Shown in pieces: positions 27,272-39,211 of a stretch of 64,000 bases of DNA. The notes under the pieces are model-generated. The model was not told where the DNA came from. It searched no databases and worked only from the letters and a program-made list of their open reading frames with translations. The DNA comes from Cetorhinus maximus (Eukaryota). The first letter of the stretch is position 1, and the number at the start of each line of letters is the position of its first letter. The translations under genes and the position numbers were made by a program. The stretch covers positions 21,638,001 through 21,702,000 of the forward strand of contig NC_135884.1 in assembly GCF_964194155.1 (NCBI RefSeq), read 5' to 3'.

Positions 27272-28399
27272 ATGAATATTCTACCCAAAGTTTTTTTTGT
27301 AATTACTGTTGCTTAAGACAATTCTTAAGATTGTTTGTTCTATTTTGTTTAGTGTCCATTATTTCCAGGTTGAAGTCAGTCTGTTTTTTAATATCAGGGA
27401 GTGGAAGTTATCTATTAGAATCATTGGAATTACTCATAGAGAAAGAAAACATATTGATTCCTTTACTCTTAATCTAATTTCGACCACCATTTAATACATT
27501 CAATAATCACAAGTTGAATACACTCAAAGAAGCCATTAAGCCCACCTTCACCTGTCCAAAAAAGAAAAAAAATCTATCGGCCCTCTTCATGAAGCTCTTG
27601 ATTAACTAACGTTTTTCTTCCATGACTTTTCCTGGAAGTCCATTAGAAATGTTGATCACTCTCTGTGAAGTAGTATTTCCTGACATTAGCCTAAATTTTC
27701 CCTTTACTAGTTTGAAGCTTGGAGCTCAATTCTCTTTCATGATTTAGCAGAGTGAAAGAAACATGGGAACTGAGGACTACCACTCCTGCATAGACCAAAC
27801 ATTTCCCTCCCCTCACCACTGCTGGGGTTGCTACAGGCACACTCCTCCTCACCCTTAGCCTGTGATTTATAGACGTCGATGTGGGTCCTGGATTCCTCTT
27901 GTCCTCCTATGTTATCACTGCTTTCCAGAGCCATCATGTGGAAGGTGGTGATCAGAGTTCTGAGGTGCCCCCATGGAGAGAAAGGCCTTTGTAGAGCTTC
28001 CTATTCCTTCACTCTGGCTCCTGCTGAAGAATCCAGTCATGCCTAAGACCCTCGCTGAGGTAAAAACAAAATACTGCTGGAAATCTGAAATAAAAACAGA
28101 AAATGCTGGAAAAACGCAGCAGGTCTGACAGCATTTCTGGAGAGAGAAACAGAGTCCGTATGACTCTTCTTCACTGAAGCATTGATTCAGGTTTTCAGAA
28201 TACTTCAGGCACTTTACTAATACCCCCAGTCCTTCTATTGCTGCAACAGTGGTCCACAATTTCTGCCCTATATGTTTAGAACACGCATTCTCTGTTCTCT
28301 AGTTCATGATGGCCGTTATAAAAATTCTCTTACTCAGATATCATTAAGATACATGAAGAGGGGTAGGCCATTCAGCCCCTCAAGCCTGTTCCCACATTC

Positions 28400-29122
28400 C
28401 TCCTTAGGCAGTCGTCAGGAACGAGGATGACTTGCTTCAATTCCAGTCGATGGGTTCAAAGATAGCTGATAAATCCAATGCATCATCTGCAGACTCTGCC
28501 ACATGCAGGGCACATGGGATTTAAAAGGACAGATAGATGGGTTATTTGAAAGTTTGTGCATTCTCTCCGATGCCTTGACTTTGCGTGTTCCTAACTAAGT
28601 CTCTCAATTTGCTTGGTTCCTTCCTGAATGAACTTGCTCCATTTTGGTTGGTCACATGCCAGGGACTTCCATGAGTCAGAGTGGATGTTTGACCTCTTCA
28701 TGGATGCTTTTAGGAGATCCCTAAAGCCTCCCCGTTGTCCTCCTGGGGGTCTCCTACCATGACTGAGTTCTGAGGAGAGCAGTTGCTTCGGGAGTCTGGT
28801 GTCAGGCATACGAATGACATGTCCCACCCATTGAAGCTGGTTTTGAGTGATTAGTGCCTTGATGCTGGTCCTGTTGGGAGAGGACACAGCTGTTGGACTG
28901 TCTTTCTTGCCACCAGATTTGGAGGATCTTGTGAAAGCAGAGCAGGTGGTACTTCTCCAGTGCTTTGAGGTGCCTGCTGTAGGTTGTCCAAGTCTCCAAA
29001 TATAGGAGCATGGGGATCACTGAAGCCCAGTAAACTATGACCTTAACCTTGGGTTTGAGATCCTGGTCCTCAAAAACTCTTTTGCTCTCAGCCCGAAGGC
29101 CAAGTTGGCACATTGGAGGCAA
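28400..29122 (-). mobile_element. RTE-clade LINE 3' fragment
   Basis: QNQLQWVGHVIRMPDTRLPKQLLSSELSHGRRPPGGQ. Confidence 0.85.
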
Positions 29123-32100
29123 TGAAGTTAGTCAAAAATGCTCCAGAATATGGCTGATCTGTACCTGAACTCCCATTTACCCACTCAGCTCCACATTCCT
29201 TAATACATTTAGTTAACAAAACGCTATCAACCTCGGTCTTAGAAGCTCCAATTGTCACAGCATCCACAGATTTTGGAGCAGAAAGTTCAAGATTTCTAAG
29301 ACCATTCCTGGTTTTCCTAATAAATGGTCTAGCTCCAGTTTTAATATTATCTCCATCACTCTTGATTTTGTGACCAGAGGAAATAGTTTCTCTGTAGCTA
29401 CCCTTTCATTTTAAAGTGTTTAATATTTTAATCAGATCACCCCTCAATCTTCTATCCTCCTCCTCCCTCAGGCACCATGCCCTAAGAGAGCATTGATGAC
29501 AATGGACTTGTCCATGATTATATTTGGCAAGCTACTGCAGTGGTTTGTCGTTGCCTTCTGCAGTATTCCTGACCAGGAAACGCTCCCAATCTTAACGCCT
29601 GCCACCAGGCATATTGGAAGAATTTAGAGGCTGATAATCAGCCTGTTTGGCCACGTTATAAACCATGGTATTCAAGTCCTGAAATGGAACTTGAACCCAG
29701 AGCTTCTGATGCAGAGGTAGGGATGCCACTGCGCCACAAGACCTCCCTCAATCTTCTATACTCAACAGAATACAAGCCAAGATTATGCAGCTTGTTCTTA
29801 TAACTTAATCTTCAAAGTCCCAGTATATTTCAGAAATGGTATCATACCATACATCTCACCATATGTAGTGTTATTCCCACAACTCTGAGCAATCTGAGCT
29901 CCTTCGATTCTAGCCACTTGAGCATTACTAACTTTAATTGCTGCACCATTGGCGACAGCATTTCCTGCTGCCAAAGCACTAACCTCAGGAATTCTGTCAC
30001 TAAACCTCTTTCCCCCTTTAACATACCTCCATACATGGCTCCTGGAGAGTACCTTGAGATGTTTTCTGTAAAGACTATATATAAATACAACTTGTTGTTA
30101 TTCTAACCTTGGACCAGATTATTTTGCAACCAGAAGACCTTGGTGAGTTACATCAGCTGTTAGTAGAACTGGTAGCTTGAAAGATAAGCTATAGTTTACC
30201 AAAATAGATGTAACCAATTTCCACATTCAAACAAGTTCAGCTTGCGTAAAAGTCAGGTCAGCCATGATTTAATGAATGGCAAAACAAGCTCAAGGTGAAG
30301 CCTATTCCTGTATTTGCTCGTATAATAAATTGCTGGACAATAATTGGCAAAATACTATCCCTCAGGTCAAGCAATAATTGTCACTTTTCATAAATTGCCT
30401 TTTTTATTCCAAACCCTTTTCAAGTGGGTTCCTATTAAGTTGTTTTCCAGTGTTTTTAAAATCATATTGATGCTTTAAGGCTAATTATATTCCCTCAGTC
30501 CCTTCTGCAACCCTCACGAAGGTAGTTTACCAGAATAGCACTAAACTGAAGACTGTGATTGCACGTTCTCCAGTTCAGAAAAGGTCATATACTTGCTGCT
30601 GCTCTTTTTGAAGTATCACCTTCAAATCTTTAACACAAGAATGTTATTTTCTGCAAAAAGTTTGCACTTAAGAGAGATTTAAATAGTGAAAGTAACAAGG
30701 TTACACACTCTTCTGAAGTTATATAACTACTTGGGGAGAAGTTTTGACATGTCTATCCTGATCTCCATCCATTAGCTTCACCAACATCCTGCTGGAGAAC
30801 CCCCATGGATATTGCGGACACCTGTATTCAAGCAGCTGAGGACAGAAATAGTATTTGTGCGTCTACATAAAAATATAATTAAACTGTCCTTTTTACATTC
30901 ATCAAAGTAAAAAGAGAATTTCTACTTTGTGTAGTTTAATTGTCTCTAATTCAGCAATAAATATATATTTTTTAAATGTTCTCCATTTTTCCCTCTAATT
31001 TCCACTCCATTCCCTCCTGAATCTGATGACTCATACTGGATACAGGTCTCTGGGCAGTTATCCAAGTGGTCTGGCTGCATGAATCCAGATAGTGATTAAA
31101 CCATAGAAGCTCTCATTCCTCACTCCTGCCGGACATAATGCATATTGATCAAAAGTGGGAATATTGGCTAATTTAAACCCCTGCCTGGGAATGCCAAAGC
31201 CACTATTCGTACCAACTGAGATCAGTTAACTGAGCTTATAAATTCTATTTGCACTGATGTGAAGAAACATACTAAGGTGCTATCTAGTCCTTATGGTTGG
31301 GTTGCTGACTGATTCAGCTGCACTATTGAAGGAGCCAATTGTTTTATATTTTGACATTGATATTTTGATATTAAAGTGCTAAGAAAAATGCGAAATAAAA
31401 AGGAGACATGCCTCTCCAATTGTAGACTCCCAAATTCAGTCCAATAATTGTTCATTTCAAAAGTTTTTTTTGCTGGCAAGTAAGAGTGCAGGTTGGAAAC
31501 TAATTGCAATGCAATTGCATGGTTCATTTATCTTTACATTCAAATTTGAGCTTCACGTTATCAATAAACAGAAATGAATGCACTAGCTCAGTGTTTTTGA
31601 AGAGTAATTTTGGTTTCCTTTAAGTGCCTAGATGGCCATGAATAAATAATGATGTGGCACAATACTGAAATGTATTTTACCAAACTGTGAACATAGGAAG
31701 TTACATTTTTGTCATATTATTTGGCAAAAGATTGAGTGCCTTTTTGTAACTTTTAATAATCTTAAACTGTTTGATATGAGTTATTGCACTGGAAATGGTA
31801 ATGTGGATTATTCCCATCTGTTTCAAGTAATTTATGTGACAAGTGAAAATACATATTGTTTAATGTGCGTGAGAACATATACTAGTTATCATTAAATTGG
31901 CCTAGTTATTTAATCTGTGCTCTTATTAAAATCTGGAAGATGCAAGACATTTCTATGTTGGCTAACTTGTGTTTTTATTGATTACTCAGAGTGCATTTGT
32001 TTAAATTTACCATTATTTTACTGCAAAATTATCAGAGTATTGGGACCTGTATGTTTTTGCTAATTGAATCATGTTTATGTATTAGAGGTTCCCTGGCACA

Positions 32101-32154
32101 TTAATCTTGTATCTCCACCTTGAACAAACTTTCTCATTCTCTCCTTCATTGCAG

Positions 32155-32332
32155 ATCGAAGTAGTGAATACATTCAAGAGTGGCACTTCCTTTCAGGGAG
32201 CTCTCAGGCGGCAGTCATCCGTTACCAGCCAAAATCAAGATGTAACCAATATTTCTAGCCCTACTCACGTATCGTTATCTACTCCCAATGCTCTTTCCTC
32301 TCCTACCAGCGCTTCTGCTGCTACTGCTGGGC
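32155..32332 (+). CDS. ATP2B2: PMCA2 splice-site-C alternative exon (a-type isoform), 178 nt
   Basis: Long pyrimidine tract then gcag|ATC, donor GGGC|gtgagt. Reads IEVVNTFKSGTSFQGALRRQSSVTSQNQDVTNISSPTHVSLSTPNALSSPTSASAATAG, close to the recalled mammalian PMCA2a insert (IEVVNTFKSGASFQGALRRQSSVTSQ...). Confidence 0.92.
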
Positions 32333-32495
32333 GTGAGTGTGTATTCTTAATGCACAAGATGATCTTTCACCTCTCCCCACTTTGCTTTTAACTATTTGAT
32401 ACTAATCAGCTTGTCAGTCTTTTTGTAGAGTTCAGTATTATTTACCCCTTGGCGACCTGTTATGTGTCTGAAGTGAATGTGTTTGTTTTCTCTAG

Positions 32496-32549
32496 AGGAC
32501 TAGACAGCCCTAGGCAAAGGGTCCAGCAGGAGGGAGTGAAATGAAGGTT
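32496..32549 (+). CDS. ATP2B2: Candidate second small site-C exon (~54 nt) supplying the a-isoform stop
   Basis: gtttgttttctctag|AGGACTAG acceptor and GGTT|gtgagt donor. Splicing to the 178-nt exon gives C|AG GAC TAG = Q-D-stop. Mammalian PMCA2 has a ~55-nt second exon at site C (recalled). Confidence 0.65.
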
Positions 32550-33280
32550 GTGAGTCTGACCTGAGCCTGCAATGAATGTGAACTGCTTGGGCATATGAGT
32601 CTAGATATTAGGTTTAAAAGTGTGTGTAAACTTTCGAGTATAAGCCCACAGAATGCCAAAAATTATTTTTAATTTTACAGTGTTTCATCTGAGCTATACA
32701 CAGCCTCTTGCTTTTTCTCCCCCCTCATGTGGCGACTCAGACCAGGCAAACCAACAGCATGATGATGAGCTTGATTTACTTAAACTATTTTTCCTTCCTT
32801 GCAAAATCTTAGACAAAGCCATTGTGGTATTCATTGCCAAGGACACTCCTGAGCCTCGCCTCGCCTCCTTTCTGGGTGACTGAGAAGCAGAAGACGAGAA
32901 GGCCCTGGAGAATAAGACCACCACATGATAATGTCATGAAGTCTTGTCCCAAAGTCTTTTGTGAAATTACAATACATTTTCTTGTTTGTTTTTCTGTTCT
33001 GCCACAAAAAAGTTTTTACTCATTTTTGTCCTGCCTGTGCATTGTCAGTCCTTTTTCTTATATTCTACGTTCAGGGACACTGCCTAGCTTGTAATGCGCC
33101 ATGACTGCCTGGGCAGTTGCTTCCACATGGTTCCCACTGGCATCGTTTAGCATATTGGAAATATTTTGATTTGACTAAATCTGAGTAATGTGGCAACAGT
33201 TGATTATAAATTCTCACATTTTAAAGTACAATTCATTTTGTTCAAAATATTCTTGGCTGTTCCCAGTGGGATAGAGAAAA

Positions 33281-33306
33281 GCATGCATGCGATGTAGTAC
33301 TGCATG
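33281..33306 (+). promoter_or_regulatory. Cluster of RBFOX-type (T)GCATG motifs downstream of the site-C exons
   Basis: GCATGCATGC at 33281-33290 and TGCATG at 33301-33306, giving three motifs in 26 nt. Confidence 0.5.
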
Positions 33307-34179
33307 TTTCATATTCATAGCCTGGGACAACAATTTCTTCAAAATTTATGATATATATTTATGGTTTAATCAAAAGGGATGTTAAGATTGGTAATACCTC
33401 TGTGCCAGTAGATGCCAAAGTAGAACAGATGATCTGGAATACCAAGTTCAAACCCAGTCCAAAAATACTAGCCAAATTATTACTCAGGATGAACACAGAA
33501 ATACGTTGAATTGATCCTGTGATTCTATCTGTGTTGTCCTTAATGGGCAAAGTAGCATTCTAACTATATTAGTTATCACTATTCCTAATGCAGAAAAAAT
33601 AGTGTTGTCAAATTAGAATCAGTGCAAACCTAAAGATGTCAAGAGTAGAACTCACTTGTCTTGACATCCTATGAATTATTTTCCCATCAGTAATTCTGCA
33701 CTTAACAAATTCCTCGCTCGTTTCCGAATGGAACATTAATTTGTTATACAGATTCAGTTAGTAAATGGCATATTCTTTTTTAAAGTTAATTGTTTAAATG
33801 TCCTAAAACAAATTGCATTATTTAATGGTGATCATACACTGAAAAATAAACAGGTAGAGTAAATATTTTATTCAAAATAATTCCATTCTTTTTCTATTTG
33901 CACAGACTTTGGGTTGCTATTGATGTGTACCACTGTCATTCATCTTGTGTTGCTGTCAATAGATATAAAACTACAGGACTTTGTACTAGCTGTAATTATT
34001 CCTGGCAAATAGAAAGTTGTCTTCAAAGCTAGCATTCAAAACCAAACAGTTACATGATATGATTATCAAACTAATGTAATCAAATGTTAAATGAAAAATC
34101 ATTTTTTCAATTTGAAACATTGACAAACCCCACTTCATGAGACTAGCTGTGCTGTAATTACTTTCAATACCTTGTTCAT

Positions 34180-34570
34180 TATAAGAACATAATAAATGGG
34201 CAGGAGTAGGCCATGCGGCTCCTCGAACCTGCTCCGCCATTCAATAAAGATCAGGCTGATGCTGTAATTACTTCATGTCAGTCCTAAATTGTCAACCCCT
34301 TATGGTGAGACTCTGACCCCCTAGTTCAACACTCTTCAGCCAAGGAAATCAGCCCCTCACCAACTACCCTGTCAAGCCCTCTCAGAATCTTATGTGTTTC
34401 AATGAAACCACCTCTCATTATTCTAAACTCCAGAGAGTATAGGTCCATTCTACTCAATATTTCCTCATAGGGAAGCTCCCTTATCCTAGGAATCAATCTA
34501 GTTATCTTTTGTTTCACCAACTCTAAGGCAAGTATATCCTTCCTTAGCTAGAGACCAAAGCTGTAGACGT
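34180..34570 (-). mobile_element. CR1 3' fragment
   Basis: LIPRIRELPYEEILSRMDLYSLEFR and an ataagaacataa tail on the + strand. Confidence 0.75.
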
Positions 34571-37500
34571 GCTTAGGTGTTTAAAGATGGGAGGCCTACA
34601 ATGATGAAAGAGTTTTACCATGTCATTCAATCTTCAAAAGAGGAAAGGTACCTCCAGTCTGGAAACATTCAGTAATGATGCCAATACACAGGGAGAATAT
34701 AAGCCCAGATCTTCCATTCACTGGTTAGTTGGAGACTGGACATACCCTGGAAGATGTGCTATGGGACCCCTCATAAGTCCCAACGCAAGGACTCCATGGG
34801 AATGGCCTGGGAAGTTTGAACTTCCGATGGGCAATGTCATGTTTTATAATGATATATAGGCACCAATCACTCTTAAGGGATTGTGTGAACATGTTGTGGG
34901 TTAATTTATTTAAATTAGGCACATAAGAGCATATATACAAAGGTGTAAAGCTTAAAGACATCAGCAGCAGGGCTGTGTGTGCTATATCCTGCTCCAGGCC
35001 AAAGTGAAACTGACGCTGGACACTGCTTGGGCATATTGGACTCAAAACATCTGCTTCTCTCTCCACAGATGTTTTCCCAGCATTTTCTGTTTCTATTTGA
35101 GATTTCCAGCGTCTGCAGCATTGTGATTTTTTTTTCTTTCATGGGATGTGGGCATCTCTGGCAAGGCCAGATTCAAGGGTGTTGCCCATCCCTAACTGCC
35201 CTTGAATTGAGTGGCTTGCTTGGCCAGTTCAGGGGGCATTTAAGAGTGGCCCTTACCTGGTCTGACCTGCCCGTGGCTCCAGACCCTCAGCAATGTGGTT
35301 GACCCTCTGCCGCTCTCTGTCACCGCCGCTTTCTCAGAATAACTGACCATGTCAGCGAAGCCCATATCCCAGAATGAACAAGATATGACAGCGGCTCAAT
35401 TCTACAAATCGGCTTCAATTTACATCCTTACAACCTTACAACAGCCTCCTAGTGATGGCATGTCGCTATCCCTTAAAGACATATTACAACACCTCCCTTT
35501 TTAAAGATACTTGCTCCCCTACCAAAGAAGTATAACTATTTAAAATACATGTTTGTGTTTAGTGACAATTACATGAGTATATAGAACTGATGAATCTATG
35601 AGTCTCTAAAGCGTAAGGGTAATCTGCTGGTACACCGAGATCTTGCAATGGTAACCTTGTCTGGAGTTTCTTTAATTGCTCAAAATGATCTGTGGGATTG
35701 TCATTCTTGGATGTTATTCCTAGTTGCATTTAGGATCTCGTCTTAGATGCAATAAATGGTTGAGGAGCTGAAATGGCTCTGATTTGTCCTTGGTTACGCC
35801 TCCCTGTTGCACCTTTGTGTGTAATGACTTCATAGGACCTTCAAGGGACCTTGTTTCCAGACAAATCCTTGTCATTGTGGCTGGTTGCCGTGTGCCTTGG
35901 GTGGGATCCTAGATACAAGCTTCTTGTCCCAGCTCTAAACTTGGCAATTCTGTACCCACATTTTTATCATGCACATTGATCATCTTCTCTTGCAGTTTTA
36001 AAAGTTGCCCTCTAATTTCTGAGAGAGTAGAATGGGTAAGAGTAGGTAAATTGGTACACACTGGTCTGCCAAAAATGAGCCCTGCCGGTGATGGAGTAGT
36101 TCACTTACAGGTGTTGCTCTCAGATTGCTTGGACTGCAATTTGAGAATTGGGGATTTCACTGTGCGAATCATTTGTTTAGCAAGGCTGTTAGATCTAGGG
36201 TAATGAGGGGAGGAAGTAGTGTGATCGATATTCTACTTCTCTCATATATCCTGAAATGGCTAACCGATAAATTGTGGACTGTTATCCGTAATGATCTCTT
36301 TAGGCACACCAAATAAACTGATAATAGCACTTAGAGTGTGTGTTTCAGTTGTGCTTGACATATTGTGCAATTGTAGAATAATGGGGTACTTGGTAAAGTA
36401 GTCGACAATGACGATGAAATCAGTGCCATGGACATGAAAGAGATTGGATGCGATTTTGGATCAAGGATGGGTAGGAACTTCAAGTGGAATCAGTGGTTCT
36501 TTGCGCTGGCTTCACATTGCTCTTGACATGCTTCGCACTTCTTGACAGTGACTTCAATGTCATTGTTCATACCTGGCCAATTGACTGTCTCTCTTGCGAG
36601 TCTTCTCGTCTGATTTATGCCCATTTGTGAGTGATGAGGTTGTTGAAAAATATCAAGTCACACGATTCGGGTATTATGACCTGCCTGCCTTTAAAAATGA
36701 CTCCCTGGGAGATGCCTACCTCCTCCCTGTAAGGCCAAAATAGTCTGTTTGTGGACATGCTGAATTGAATCAGGGGATCCTTCAATGATGGTTTTTCACA
36801 ATTTATGTAGTCTGGAATCTTTTGCCATTTCTTCTTGTAGCTACTGTCATTTGTCTTTCATAAAATGTACCAAATCAACTGATGGACTTGCATTCTCCTG
36901 TAAGTGTAATGTTGTAGTTCCCTTGAAACTGCCAATTTTGTCTAAACATTCTGGATATTTTGATGTTAGGTTTTGAACTGAGGCGATAGAAGTAGTTTCT
37001 GAGCTTTATCTGCTGTATGAGGTCTGACTGATTCCATGGATTGTCATTAGGGCAAGGTCACGACATCCCGGTAGAGCTACAGTCGTCAGGCCTTTGGTCT
37101 TCATGATGTAGAACATCTGTGGCACCCAGGATGATTGATTGTACTTGCACTCCAGCGCTATGGATCCTGCACATGGAATTAGTGAACCGTTGTACGCGGA
37201 AAGCTTCACAGCTGTAGGTTTCACCCTGGCCCCCCCCACATCTGTGGATACATACCTTTTAGAATCTACAGGGGTAGTATGTTAATACTTGTCCCTGTGT
37301 CAATCTTGGGCCAATAATGGGGTAGTTACCAACTTTCTTAAGGCAGATAATTTGAACCTTGGCAAACACTTCAGATGATGTGACAGCATCTATGTTTTTC
37401 ATGAGTTTGACGGTGTGAAACATGTGTGCACTGCTCTTCATCTCATCGTGCACATTGTCATTTTCTGAATTGTCAATACCTCATGTATATGTTTCTGACA

Positions 37501-38090
37501 GGATACTGGATGGCCATTCTTCTTGCCTGAATGTACCTGTTGTGTATGGTCTGTTTGGACCAGTGCACAGTTCTTTGTAGCTACAGCAGCCTTTGCTCTA
37601 GTGCACTGCTGCTGCCAATAGCCTTTTCTGCCACATGGCTTGCAGAATTGATAGAAAGCTGGGCATTTCCTTGGTGTATGCATAAGGCCACACCTCCCAT
37701 GTCTTGCTAGGTTTAGATGTTCTAGTAAGTACGTCAACGAGGTTGTGTTTAGGACCTGTATGCTTTGTCAGCGTGTGAGGATTGCTTAGTACTTCTGCCC
37801 ATCCTTGAGTAGCTCTTTGATGCTATATGTTTTGGGCTTGTCCAGCAGATCTTTCTGGGACGCTTCCATGGGAGAGAATGTGATCACCAACTCGACAATT
37901 CTGTCTGCTAGCTCTGCATTTCAAAAATAACAGTACGTACCCTTTTCTCTGCATCTGCTGATGAAGAGGTCTGTGGATTCTGTACTTGTTGTCGAAAAGA
38001 CAAACTCTAGTTGATGAATACCGAAGTTTATCCTGATATGAAACCGGTCTTCCAATGTAGTCCATAACTTTTGGGAATCCTTTAGCTCTT

Positions 38091-38809
38091 AGAACCATAG
38101 AACACTACAGCACAGAAAACAGGCCATTCGGCCCTTCTAGTCTGTGCCGAAATATTATTCCGCTAGTCCCATTGACCTGCACCTAGTCCATAACCCTCCA
38201 GACCTCTCCCATCCATGTATCTATCTAATTTATTCTTAAAACTTAAGAGTAAGCCCACATCAGATGGTATCTCGTTCCACACTCTCACCACTCTCTGAGT
38301 GAAGAAGTTCCCCCTAATGTTCCCCCCAAACCTTTCCCCTTTCACCCTAAAGCCATGTCCTCTTGTGTTTATTTCTCCTAAATGGAAAGAGCCTACTCGC
38401 ATTTACTCTGTCTATACCCCTACAATTTTGTAAACTTCTATCAAATCTTCCCTCATTCTTCTACGCTCCAAGGAATAAAGTCCTAACCTGTTTAATCTTT
38501 CCCTGTAACTCAACTCCTTAAGACCCGGCAACATCCTAGTAAATCTTCTCTGCACTCTCTCAATCTTACTGATATCCTTCCTGTAGTTAGGCGACCAGAA
38601 CTGCACACAATACTCCAAAGTTGGCCTCACCAATGTCTTATACAACCTCACCATAACATCCCAACTCCTATACTCAATACTTTGATTTATGAAGGCCAGT
38701 ATGCCAAAAGCTTTCTTTACAACCTTGTCTACCTGTGATGCCACTTTCAGGGAATTATGTATCTGAACTCCCAGATCCCTTTGTTCCTCTGCACTCCTCA
38801 GTGCCCTAC
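38091..38809 (-). mobile_element. Relatively young 5'-truncated CR1 inserted into gag
   Basis: Little-decayed ORF2 C-terminus (VRLYKTLVRPTLEYCVQFWSP), TTCTATGGTTCT tail and flanking CTCTT duplication. Removing it restores gag GLTAEE|LKDSQKLW. Confidence 0.9.
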
Positions 38810-39211
38810 CTCTTCCGCTGTTAAACCTGATGTGTTCAGCCTGGGTAGACTTTCATTCCCAATTGCTAGGCAATTTTTTATGGCTTGCTTGTCTGGTTCA
38901 GACACACCTGAAACAAGAAACCATAGCTCCGTACGCCGTTTAAAATTTTTAAATTCAGATAGTAGGTCAGCTGCATCCCAACTCAAACTGGGGAATTTTG
39001 TGGACATTTTGACAATATCCCTTTGGCCTTCCTCCTTGGTTTATTCAATTCTTCTCTGGCCTGGTTTTATGATGGTTTTGTTTGCTTTTTTTTTGTTTGA
39101 CTCTCCCTCTCTTGCTATTGATCTGGTCCACACTAGCTAACCCAATGCTGGTCCTTTTGACACATTGTTCCACTCTCAGTACTGACAGGCTATGTGCTGC
39201 AATCTCACCAA

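Noticed and set aside
32333-32391. Read-through of the site-C exon ORF (RECVFLMHK...)
   Set aside because: A consensus GTGAGT donor at 32333 explains it as intron. Retention cannot be shown from sequence.
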